Shown here piece after piece: positions 37,580 to 50,200 of a stretch of 64,000 nt of DNA. A program made the translations under genes and the position numbers. How positions within the stretch are numbered: position 1 is the stretch's first letter; the number at the start of each line of letters is the position of its first letter. The stretch covers positions 402,364 through 466,363 of the forward strand of contig NMRA01000123.1 in assembly GCA_002633005.1 (NCBI GenBank), written 5' to 3'. The notes below the pieces were generated by a model that saw nothing but the letters and a program-made list of their open reading frames with translations, did no database searches and had not been told where the DNA came from. This DNA comes from Phoronis australis. Lineage: Eukaryota; Animalia; Phoronida.

Positions 37580-40243
37580 TTGTTCGCGAATACCACTTGC
37601 ACCCTTTGCCAAGGACAACGCCACTGCTACAACACGTTTCTGCCCTGTGACCTCATTCTACGCCTTAGTCCAGTCATTTTGGTGCTACACAGTATAAAAT
37701 ATCAAAGCCTTGCAGTTCGTCATTGGTTGGAGAGAAAAATAATCAAGATCGTTGAAAAAATGGCCTCTAACGGACAGAACTCCAACTTAACCCATGTGCA
37801 TCCACAAAAAATATTTTTAACCTGATAAGGGTTTAGATAAAACATTTTACAATATACAGTCAGGCTTAATAAGTTGTTTATTAATTGTTTTTAACATTTA
37901 GATACTTAATGTGGAATATTATTCAATTTTCATTTACTTAACATAAAAATTGGTGTTTCTCAGAGAAGGCTTAGTTTAATTTTCATAGCAGATTTTACAC
38001 ACTCAAGAAATTTGATATGAAATAAATTCATTTGGGGTATCAAAAATAACGTTTTGTAGAAATAAATGTAATTCTGGTGGAATTATTGGCCTATGCATTA
38101 CACCAACCGACAGTGATCTTCAGTCACTTGTATTTAGGCTTGGCGGATTTCATATTGAGATGACTTTTCTGATGTATGAAGTACACAATGTCTGGTACCG
38201 GCTTTCAAGAAGTTCTCGAGGCCGCAAATGCACCAAGCATTAAGATCCATTATGTTAAATGGAAAAAGTGCCGATAAGGCAGTGAGGGGGTATATGTTGG
38301 GAAACTGTAGACTCAGAATTGAATACTCTTATAACAACCAGAGCATTCGACATCCCACTTCCAAAGAATGACAGATCAAGTAACGACAAACTCCAGAACG
38401 AATGACCTGAGGATATGAACAAAGAAGTTCCGGTTCTTCAGAAATTCCAGGAGTCCCCAATATCACCAACACAGAACACAAGGATTGCTTGCCAAGAGAT
38501 GGATCATTTCAATGCTTGTACGCTAACGTTGTATTCCCGACACACCAGAACTGATCGCGTAACTATAGATGTATACACTGGGACATGCAAAGCACAGGAA
38601 GTGTCTTCAGATTCTGAACCATGAATGACAGTGAGTTTACATCTGACTTCCGACATGCTGCAACTTATGGATTCAAGCAAGAATAAATAAAAGTAAAGGT
38701 CTTCATAAATCGCAGTGACAGATAATGGTCCTGCGGAAGAGTCAATGGCAACTGATGTACTTGATGGTGATTTTAAACCTGGCAAATCAAGAGAGTTGAA
38801 CTTGCAAAGTTGAATCAGCAGTCGCTGGCTACAGTGTATGAAAATGGTTGACATCGATCGACTTTTTCTGATATCAGAAAGAACTTCAAATTTGGCACTT
38901 CACCTAAAGCAGTTTCTGATACTGTGTGTTGCCTTACTTTGCAGCTGCTGGTCACAACAGATACGCAAGATCTGAAAACATATACATGACTGTACTTGCA
39001 GCAGATGCAGGAATTCAAAGACACCCAACCAGAAGTCTACAACACCTTGTTAACGACCTCCATGCCCTAAGCCAAAGTTACAGATTCTGGGCAGGCTTGT
39101 CATGTGACCTTGTAATTGAAAAAACGCTCATGAAAAATATTACAACCGGTTTAACTAGAGGTCGCGGAATGGGAGATACACATCGTACACATTGGCTGCT
39201 TTAAAGTATAAATGATACCATGCAGAGTGTGGCAAGTTTGGCTTGTGAAACAGGTGAGAAACATAAAGATTACAACCACACAAGACAGTCGCGGGATGGC
39301 AAAGGCATCTTCAGCCTTGTTGAATTCCTTCACAACAGAAACCCATTTGAAAAGTTAACATTGCAAAACATCACCACTGATTTTACTGCAGGTACACGCG
39401 CCAATGCCGAAAAGAGAAGTGGGGAAGGCGATTCTCTTGTCTACCGAGAGGTCGAGTGTGAAAGACTTCACCTTCATAAAGAAAAACAAGGTTGTGGCAA
39501 TGACAAGTTAATCAATTCATGTTGGCAATTCTGATTTTACACAATTGGATCCACAAATGGTATTTCAGTGATTACTGGCATTTGCAAGAGACAGCAGTGA
39601 GATTATGAAGCCTTTTGAAGTTTGAAACTTTGTTAATTCCCCGCTCGTTTTTATACACGTACGTGTGGCCTTTCTAGAGTTGCTAATTAATCCACATTAG
39701 CTAAGGCACTCTGGTCCGGGGGGTTAAGTAAGGAATACCAATTTCCTGAAAACACGGGGATGCATGTAATCGACGGTGGTCCTTTCCTTCCTTCACCGTA
39801 TTCCATGGTATAGAGGTGCAACGTTTGAGTCAGTTGGCTGAGCTTATATGGATTACGTCAACAAGTACTACTGTTGTTTTTGATGGTTATGGAGGTGACC
39901 CATCAATTAAAGATGTCTCCTATTTTGGAAGTCTGGGTGGGGCGTTGGAACTGAAATTCACTTGAACGGTGACATGGTGATCAAGTCAAGCAAGGAACAT
40001 TTTTGGCAACAAGCAAAAACAAGCAAATGTGAATTCACCCCTTGTCAAAATTGCTACCAAATACTGGTACAAGCCCAAGGTGACGCAGAAGTTTTAATTG
40101 CAGAATTATCAGTAGAAAACGTACCATATACAATAGTTCATTGCAGATGACCCAGACTTGTTGGTTTTTTGTGTTGCCATGCTACGTCACAGCAGTTCCA
40201 TTGCTCAAGAAATCTGACAAGAGGCACTAAACCATGTAGGACA
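37580..40243 (+). mobile_element. Second, truncated copy of the Copia-gag/AcademX junction and Academ body
   Basis: 37580-37680 matches ~16127-16226 including the Academ end TAGTCCAGTCATTTT (37666); 37690-40243 is colinear with ~17705-21766 minus the Kolobok insert; MLPYFAAAGHNRYARS..RFWAGLSCDLVIE..GLTRGRGM. Confidence 0.85.
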
Positions 40244-40286
40244 AAACTCACACCATGAGTGTGCCACATATCCGTGCTCGTTCTTC

Positions 40287-40322
40287 CTGACGATGGCCGG
40301 AGAATAGATCGACCGAAACGTC
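40287..40322 (+). ncRNA. Minimal type I hammerhead-ribozyme-like motif (Penelope-type), degenerate
   Basis: CTGACGA-T-GGCCG..CGACC-GAAACGTC: both core boxes plus stem II with one mismatch; stem I poor. Confidence 0.45.
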
Positions 40323-40439
40323 GTGACAGTGTAAATAGACTAGAGGTCGGTGTAAATAGACCAAGAGATTTTAATAATAATTATAAGGATTTAAGGTGAG
40401 TACGAATTTTGATTTGTCTGTATGTCTTGGGCCAATATC

Positions 40440-42480
40440 CAATGCCTATCCAGTGTGGTAGAGTGCGTAAAATTGATGTAAACCAACTGTTTGAAATCAA
40501 TCAGACATCATGTACATAAACAATTATTTTGTGGGTCAAATTACCGGTAATTGGCAAAAATATTAAACAAAATTGTTGTCAGTAAGTACTCTACAATTTG
40601 TGAGTACTCCGGAAATACAGGCATTTGTAGTGAATACAAACATGTACCATAGATGAAAACATAAATGAAACCATCCCTTATTTACTAGCCACGTGAGCCA
40701 AGATATTGGTTTGGCGGCAAAATTCGTTTGAAAACAGTCGGTCTTCATAAAATTGGTAAAATATGCTTATGATAATCTAGTTTTGCCCAAACACGATGTA
40801 AATCTGTCATGGATGGGTGTTGACGGAAGTTAATTTTCAATATTGTCGGCAACCTTCCTGATACTATGTGTTGTTGTTGTAAGAAGTTATTAACTTCTTA
40901 AGCGCGTCGATGCCCTTGTACGACAAATATCTGAAGCTGGGATTAAAATTGGACAGGGAAATGAACCGCGCTCACTCGAGGAAAGTTTACGGTATGGTTA
41001 AAATTTAATAATCTTTCAGAAAAGCAGTTTTCAGATCAGCCTCAGCGTATCACCAAACATTCAACTTCTGCACTCGCAGCCTAGCAGTCTTTCTTATTGA
41101 GTTAAAAGCCATTTGATAAATGACCTTTTACGAGTGTTTAACCACAAAGTAACGTGTTTTAGTGTTTTGTAGGTCCTATCCAAACTGATAACATCCTGAA
41201 GTCTGTTCTGTGTAACTAAAATCTCAAAATGCATTTTCGGCAGTTTAAACAGAGCTCAGTGCTGCCGGGAACGAACGCGCCAACTTCAGAATTAGTGAAT
41301 TTGTTTGCATGTACATGTGCATCGATACAGTTATGGACAACCATCTTCCAGCTTTTACATATACAATGTAGTTCTGTAGGGCGCTTTGGCTTCTTGGGTT
41401 GATCTAGCTAAATTTTGGTAGCCCATCATTTTTATCAAACAGGGACACTTCATTTTACGGAAATTGTCTGGCATATAACTGCTGCACCGCTTGGAGTGAT
41501 GCTGGTGTTATACAGTTGGTTTAAACCGGTCACCTGGAGGGTTGGGGTAGCTCAAATCGGAGATTTGTATGGGTCTGAATACCATAACCCATCCCTGAGT
41601 TTGTCTGGCAATGTTCATTCATGTTAAATTGATCTGTGATGAATAATTTGTAACCAGTTGCATGGACCTCTTGGGTTGATCTAGGTCAAATTTTGGCCTC
41701 AGCTATAATCGTTTGGGTAAAGTTCCCATCAATGGAATTGTCTGGTAGTGGAAAATTTTGATACAGTGAATTTAGGTGTAGATGTTGCAGGTGACTTCAA
41801 GTAGTTATCGGAAAAGTTGATTTAGCTCAATTTTGAGTGCTAATCTCATGTCCCCTTGATCACACCCACGAGAGCGAACCACAGCCAGATGACCAATTCC
41901 TAGCATTACGATGCCCGTGCATCACTGTGGTATCAATTATGTTTGGTTAACTTTTCATCCCCAAAATAGCCCTGGGATCCTGGTCTATTCTTGGATGTTT
42001 ACTCTTCTTCAATTCGCTACAGGAACATCGGGAAATGTTTAATTCGATAACCTCCACTCGATTAGTATTGTCATTTGCCGTAGTGAGAGGGGGGAGTACG
42101 TGTACTATTTCTTGGATACCCCGTGCAATTTTTTATTACAGCGGATTTACAAAGCGACGAGAACGTGAATTTTCACGCATATATAATTCCGCGTCATGCA
42201 TGTCATTCTTGATTGTGGCGTAAGCCCCATAGTGTTTGCGTGTTTTACGGGAATAGAAGAGGTTCACGTTGCTTAAAACGCGAAACCTGTGGCCCACTTT
42301 TTATTGTTATTTGGCAAGACCTCGAAACGATTTTCATTCGATAAGGTTCTCAATCTATTTTCTTTGCTTCAGTATATAATAACACGGTTGTTTTGTCTAT
42401 ATGTTCCTCAAGTCCAGCTGGAGGAATGCCTTCTTTTACAAAATCCGTAAGCTTTATAAGATAAGGTGATTTGAGCATTT
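40440..42480 (-). mobile_element. Degraded CR1-like LINE relic
   Basis: Decayed motifs in ORF2 order: LCLNCR/DVISL, EVECLVI (endonuclease); KPISWLTWLVNKGWF, TNCRVLT..LPITG..HKIIVY (early RT). Confidence 0.3.
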
Positions 42481-43439
42481 TTCGCGGGAGTTCGTAGAAA
42501 CGACTTTTTCAAATTCACCGTACATTTCAATCATGCGTATCTGTAACAGAATGGAATACAATAAAATACAATATAATACAATTAAACGAAACATGTTTCA
42601 TTCAAGATGTGTAAAACGTACTTGTATTCATTGTCCATCAACTTCTCAAAGAATAACACGATGTAGAGTTGAAAATACGAGAGCAAGAGATAACACTGGA
42701 ACAGGAATACTTTGAAACTGAGAGAAAGAAAGGGAAGCGAGGCTTGAAATGGAGAAGAAAAAAGATAGGGGAGCCTAGCTGTAGATACAGCATGTTAAAT
42801 TTCATTCCAAAACTAACTTAAAGTTGACCAACTTGAATTGACTGACCTGTGTTAGATGATAATAGAATGAAAATAAAAGAAGTTGCATTCGCAGGGTGAN
42901 TCTTTGCTTCAGTATATAATAACACGGTTGTTTTGTCTATATGTTCCTCAAGTCCAGCTGGAGGAATGCCTTCTTTTACAAAATCCGTAAGCTTTATAAG
43001 ATAAGGTGATTTGAGCATTTTTCGCTGGAGTTCGTAGAAACGACTTTTTCAAATTCACCGTACATTTCAATCATGCGTATCAGTAACAGAATGGAATACA
43101 ATAAGATACAATACAATACAATTAAACGAAACATGTTTCATTCAAGATGTGTAAAACGTACGTGTATTCATTGTCCATCAACTTCTCAAAGAATAACACG
43201 ATGTAGAGTTGAAAATACGAGAGCAAGAGATAACACTGGAACAGGAATACTTTGAAACTGAGAGAAAGAAAGGGAAGCGAGGCTTGAAATGGAGAAGAAA
43301 AAAGATAGGGGAGCCTAGCTGTAGATACAGCATGTTAAATTTCATTCCAAAACTAACTTAAAGTTGACCAACTTGAATTGACTGACCTGTGTTAGATGAT
43401 AATAGAATGAAAATAAAAGAAGTTGCATTCGCAGGGTGA
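42361..43439. repeat. 539-bp tandem duplication across a single N (probable assembly artefact)
   Basis: 42361-42899 equals 42901-43439 apart from a few substitutions; N at 42900. Confidence 0.9.
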
Positions 43440-44321
43440 TTTGTAAGTAGCTTGTAATCTAGCGGATATGTACTACGATGACAGGACACCCTGAGCTCAG
43501 TTATTCGGCTCACGTTCACGTAAAATTTAGCTGTTGCGAAGCCAAATTTTTGTTTCCGTAACGTGAATCGGCATGCGCAAATACATGTGCTTGACAATGC
43601 ACGTTCACGTCGCTTTGCAAGACCTCTCTATTCCTCTCATCTTCGTCGTTATTTGCGCCTAATTTTCAAGAATTATAATATCACGTATTAATTATAAGAC
43701 TAAAGCTGCAAGTGCTTCCAATGATTGGAAAAACAACTGTCTGTGGACGCCCTAATTGCTTTTCGATGAAATGTACCATTAAAGCAGCTACCTAACGAGA
43801 GTGTTATGTGACTGATGTCGTAAATCAAAAGAACATCACTTTGTATACCTATATGGAATCATCTCTGATTGATATGATAAGCAATACCTTTCTTTGGCAC
43901 TACATGTGTGTGGCAGCTAGTTCACCGGGTACACCAGTGGGCTGGGACATCGCCTACACATCTCTTGCTCATACTTATAAATGTATACCGCATACGTGAA
44001 TTTCCGTTAACCCTTCAGGAACCACAAATACTGCGAACAAAATTAAGCATGTGCTTTGTCACTATATTAATGCATGCCTTTCAAAAAAACAACAAAAATG
44101 ACACGCCAAAGGAAACCGAGTGCGGGTAACATTGCCAAGGTTGCGTTTGGTACACCCAAGACATTCACAGGTCGCTCTCGATGGAAAATTGTCGCCTACG
44201 GAACGGAAATTCAAAGTGTATCCCACAATGCAACATTCCGAGCTCACCGACGTACAAAGTTTAATCACTATATTATTGTTTGGACACGCCACTAGGCCAA
44301 ATCTCTAACAGTGTGCACCTG

Positions 44322-44471
44322 GGCCCTGTTGCATAAAAGTTATACGCCGTATAGCAACAATGACGTAGCATTATCACGCGTCACGTTGTTATTGTTGAAC
44401 AATGCACCTGACGTCATGCAACAATCAAACTTATCCAGTGGATAACTTTTAAAGCTTTATGCAACTCAGCC
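44322..44471. mobile_element. PIF/Harbinger-like MITE
   Basis: GGCCCTGTTGCATAAAAG..CTTTATGCAACTCAGCC with 3-bp TSD CTG. Confidence 0.6.
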
Positions 44472-47205
44472 CTGGTGTAGATAAGCAATCCTAATTCCGA
44501 GATTGTCACGTGTACCACCGAACTAAGCTCACGACCCATTCGACAGGTTTTGCGTGGTCTTGTTTTTTAGCTAGTTTTTCAGATTTGCGGAATGCGCCCC
44601 TGTTCAAGAAATGGATTTGGCAAGTGTTCAACCGAAGTACTTTGCTTAGTTTTCAGAGAATTGTATAATGATTGACTCAAAGTCGGTGGAGTTCAGAATA
44701 TCGCTTTCAACACTTACAATTGAAGGAGATTTTAAACGGTGCAATTCTTTTACATATTTTAAATGAGCCACGTATAGGTATCGGGCTCACTTCTTGGTAT
44801 ATACATAGGTCGCATTTTTACTTTGAACAAGTCTGTATATCGCCCCAGATTCGGAAGACCCAGCTACTCCCTTAGACTTCTACATGTACATGTAAAATAC
44901 ACCCCTCAATTCCGGGACTGTCTCAATGTGTTCTCCAACCACAGTTGGTCACTATCAGATGGTCGCGGTTTCTCTCAAAACTTCGAACTTACTTCTGACA
45001 TACAACTTTGGTTGATATTCGTAACGATTTCTCCTAAATTGCTACGGTTCACAATGGTAGCCTGCCCGGTGGTTTACAGGTGAATGGTGACGAGAATGAT
45101 GCTACGGTTTGTCTACGATATTCATAGCCAAAGGTAGAGCTACAATGACTCAAGGTAGTTTGAAACAGTAACGTTGCACGATTTACCTAGGATGGAGCAC
45201 GTTTTTCACTGGTTTCGCTACGGACTTGACCAGTTGATCCCCGTTTCCATTACCTTAGTTCATCTCAGTATACAACGCGATATTTTTAACGGGTAGTATA
45301 ACATTTTTCTTTTCACATAGTAATAACAGTACTCAGCTTCATCTAAATTCACACTTGCCAATAGCAGTGTAGCCTGCCAGCTAGTAGCATGTAGACTATC
45401 GTCAAAATACAGCTACACTGTAGGTACCACTGTGTGTTTTTCTTCCTTAGACCCCGAAATGACACACAGTCAGGGTAGTTCCGTTCGTCACCCCGCCGTG
45501 AAACATGTATCTACATGTAGAGCTAAAGACCGGACGGGGTGCATGCAAAATATGGGAATCAAATGACACTCCCCTTACCCGTTACAGCCGTCTAAGTGCA
45601 AAGCAATCTAATAAACGTTATTTTCTTGCGTAATCCTACGCATTTTCTAACAAAAAAGACATGTCGTCGTTTCGAAAATGGCAATTTGATTTTAAATTTC
45701 TAAAAACCTGTAATTAAATGGAACCAGTCCCGATAATTTGTTGTGTCATCTACGCAAGAACAGTTGAATGAAGAATCGGTGAAAAAAGAAACTGACCAAT
45801 AGGTGGCACAATATTTCATGGCGCCAAAAGCCGTCGCTAAAGATCGCTCCACAATTTTAGCAGCAGAATAACGGTAGGACGCCATTTTCCCTACACCATT
45901 AAACAATTGTGTTTACTCAAGGAAGAGTGTAGTTTTTTACGACACTAATTTTGAGTCAAATTTTATCTTATCACTTTTTTACCCACATCGACCCAAAGCT
46001 GTATAATTTACCATACAGCTTTGGGCCAAGGCTAATAGCAATGTCGCCCATTAACGAACTTGAACCTATTCGGCGAAACCCCAGTAGGAAAGACAGAGTC
46101 TAAAATGCAGTAGAAGGGTGAAGGAGAAATATAGAAGGCGAAGCTACCAATGTGAACAAAGGACTATGAATAAAATACGTGAAATGGGGAAAGACGCAGT
46201 TGGAGTGTGAAAGACGGATCATGTTTTCATTTTGAGACCTTAGATCACGTTACTGAATATCATTGTTGGTTCGCGAATCAGACAGTAAAAATACCCAATT
46301 TGCTGCTACATTGTATTTCCCGGTTGCATGTAATAGTCCCAAATAGGGACTCAACTAAGTTTTCTAAGTCTAATGTATATTTGTGGACTTTTGAAAGCGC
46401 CGATTGTCCTTTCTCGTATTGTTTTAGTTGACGATAACATGTCGAGATTTGGCTTTGAAACAAGTCGAGAGTGAACTTTAAGTTGAGTTCGCAATACTAT
46501 CGACAATAAACAAGAAATGTTTTGGGCATCTTCCCTAATTTAAGTACTAAGCCCTTCAGAATGAAATAAATACGCAGTAGACTAAGGGAACTTATTTGAC
46601 TTCCTGTTTGGTACTGCTTCGTGCAAAAGGGCACATGGTACTAAAATACTCGACAGCATAAAAACTAGAAAATCAAATTTCATGATAAACAATATTCATC
46701 TCCTGAATCTGATTTTCTGGACCCATATTTACACAGTTGCTAGCGATCTCTTTTAAAAAGCTAACAGACACTGGAGGCTTTAGAGGTGTGCAGTTAGGTG
46801 ACTTTCACAATCCCGTACTGTCTATGTAGATTTCGCTCTTCGCATATGTGGGTCTATACGTCCCAACAGCATTTCGAGATTGACATTGGGTGGTTAAGAG
46901 TGACTAAAATCAGCGACCAATAATGGCAAAGTAGTCGACCTAAAGTATTATTCTACCATAAGTGCACAACAACATGTACACCGAATTACAAACTCTGTTC
47001 AAAATTATAACTCAATTTCAAAAATACATGTACGTATACGAACACCAACATGGAGCCTGCGTTCCGAAAATGTCATTCACACAGGACAAAACTGGACATG
47101 GCAACCGTCAGTAAACAATCACTTTAACTACATGGACATCTCAACACTACTGTCAATCCATTCTCGGCAAAACGGAAATCTAAATATTTTGAAAGGTCAA
47201 CGTAA

Positions 47206-50200
47206 TCATGGCGATTTTCGACTTCCTGCTGGAGTGACAAGTCGGCGGGACGGACTAGGCGAAGACTGCGGGGAAAGAGAACGAGGAGTTGTAGATGCTT
47301 GTGCCCTCTGTCTTTCGGCTTCAGCTAAGATGTGCCTTTGGCGCAGTCCCACGGCTGCCTTGGGCTTAATTTCACAGAACTGTAAACACTGCTCGCACAT
47401 ACCCAACGTCCAATCGTAGAAGATTGCGGCACCGTGACTTGTAGTGAAGATCTCGTGCCGTGTGTGACGCTTGATTACTTCTAGGCCCCTCGCAGCAATT
47501 TCTGGGTTCAGGTGCTTGAAGTCGTACTCTTTAATACGTTTTAAGAGGCCATCGTACTCGTGAGATCGAATAGTAGCGCACCTTTTCTGACAGGTTTGCC
47601 AGTCACGTGTCTCAGATTCTGGATCACCGAGAATCAACAGCGTAGCTACCATGACCTCATGAACGTTTTCTGGCGGATGAGCGTAATCGCGAATTTCGGA
47701 CATTTTCGATCTGTCCAGTTTAAAGATAGCTTCTTTTAACCGGTCAATCGTATCCAAACCATCGCAAAGTATCCTCGCCTTAGCTAGTTCCTTAAATATT
47801 GCCGTGTCCACCCCAAGTTTGTCGATAATACGCAGAAGTTTCTTCAGCTGTTTCCCATCTTTGGCTTCAATGGCTTCGTGAAGTTTTTCTCGATCTTCTA
47901 TAGCTAACATCATGTTATTTGCGTCGTTCAACAAGTTTCTGTCAATACACAGTGACGGTTTGTGCTTACTAATGAATTTTTCATAATCTGCAATGGCCTG
48001 ATTGATCAGATCTTCGTCCATTGCAGCGACCGCTTTCGCCAGAGCTTCTTTCAGAGAATTGTGTTCTTGAACCTCTTCTTTCTTCATCTTCTGCATTTCT
48101 ATCAGCGTGTTACGCGCTTGCTTAACAAGATCGTGATCGATGTCGAATTGGAGGACATAGATATGGCCAAATTCTTCGTACTTCGTCAACGCGTCCTGAA
48201 TAGCAACGCAATCAAATTCGTCCAAAACTTCTTGCAGCTTGTGTTTCAACTCCTCATTCATTTCATTAATTGAGTCATATGATTTCCTTAAATCTTTTAA
48301 ACGTTCACGCGTCCTGTGAATCAGCCCTTCATCTGGCTGTATTCGCATTTTATACCCCTCAATGAATGATTCGTACTCTGCAAGAACGGATTTAACCTCT
48401 GCATACTTATGAGATTCTTGTACTCCAACGAGCTTTCGTTTGAGGTCTTCATGCTCGGCGGCAATTCTTTCCTCTGTACGTTCCATTTCAGCGTACATTT
48501 TATAGTATCCCTCTATCTGACCTTCGTCTACAGATACACGGCCGTTGTTACGTTTTTTAAATTCTTCAATTTTCAGTAAACCTTCTCTCAAACGAACTTT
48601 ATTTTGAGTGGACGCTGCTTGACTAAGCTCGCATAGCACAAGCAGTAGCTCTTTCTCTAACCCCCTTTTTATAGCATTTGGATCATTCAAAAGACGATTT
48701 GCTTGAGATAACAAGTTTTTGTCAACACTCACCGACTTGTCTTTATCCTTAGCCAAATCACTATACGCTGCCAAGGCATTTCGGATCAGGTTTTCATCCA
48801 TTGACTCTACGGCACTCACCAATGCCTTTTTGAGATCACCGGCTTCGATGTTGCTTACTAGCGTGTTCTCCACTTGTCCAATAAGCTTCTCGTTAGCTAC
48901 AATTTCGTTCTGATGGCGATTTGCAAATTCTTTGTACTTAGACAGAGCGTCCTGAATCTTTTGCAAGTCTTTTCCACCTAGAGCCTTCTTTAGAGCCTTC
49001 TCCAGGTCGTCCAGTTCATTCTTTGCTTTCTTAGCATCTCCTTTGCAGGAGGCAAGAAAATTTTTTGCCTGCGACAGTAATTCAGCGTCGGGTGTAATTA
49101 GATGGCGTTCGTCCTTGACCATTTGATCATAACCGGACACGATTTCTTGAACTTCGAGGAAATGGCAAGACGACAAAGCAGATTTTAACTGCTCTTTCAG
49201 AAGTTGGTGCCTACTCTCGACAGTGTTCATGGCATCAGTTCTTTCATGTATGCACCTTTCTGCCATTTTCAAAAGCTTTTCGTCAGCCTTGAGCACATCT
49301 TTGTGCGTTTCAATGAAATCTCTATATTTTCCCAGAGCGTTTTCGATGGCACCAAGATTTTTCGAACCCAAGACATGCTTTAACTCTTGAGTTAAACGCT
49401 CGAAATCTTTATTAAGTTTCTTTTCATCTTGTTGTCCATGCTTAACTGCATCTCTCGCTTCTTTGATCAAGGACATGTCGGACTGCACAAGATCACAAAT
49501 GTCTTTATTTGCTTTACTTAAGTCGTCTATGACAACCAATGACTCCTTCACCTGTGCCAAACTGTGTGTAGAAAGAGCCGAAGATAATTGTAGCCTGGCA
49601 GCTTCATATTTCGGAGTAACCTCTTTCAAAATGTCTTTTTTCTCTTTCACAGTTTTGTCAGCTTCTTTCAGTAACTCGTCCCTTTCAGAAACAATGTCGC
49701 GATGTCGCTTTGCGAACTCGTTGTATTTATCCAAGGCACTCTCGATAGCAGATAACTTCCCGTTGGCAATAGCGTGCTTCAAATTCTGTGCTAAATGATC
49801 CAGCTCTTTGTGGAGGTTCTTGTTTTCTAGATCTGGGTTTTTCAAAAAATCCTTGCCTCGCTTAACAAGTTCAACACACGGTTCAATCATGCTCAAATTT
49901 TCTTTGACGAATTGTTCATAATTACGCAGCGCAACTTGCACCGCTTCAGAATCATGTTCATTTAGGGCACGCTCCAGTTGGTCCTTTAACTGGTCATGCT
50001 TCGGCCCAAGAATTTGCATCTGCATCTCTTTCTCCCTCACCATCATTTCCGCCTTCTCCAAAAGCGGTTGATTGATGCCGATTTCATTTTTGTAATGATC
50101 GCCAAATTCTCTGTACTTTTCAATGGCCTTTCGGATTGCCGCGACATCGCCTGTTTTCATGGCGTTCTCTATGTTATTTTGAAGACGTTCTATTTCCTTC

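Noticed and set aside
42361-43439. Biological tandem duplication with twin ORFs
   Set aside because: Copies abut a single N and differ by only a few SNPs; typical of two haplotype contig ends scaffolded together.
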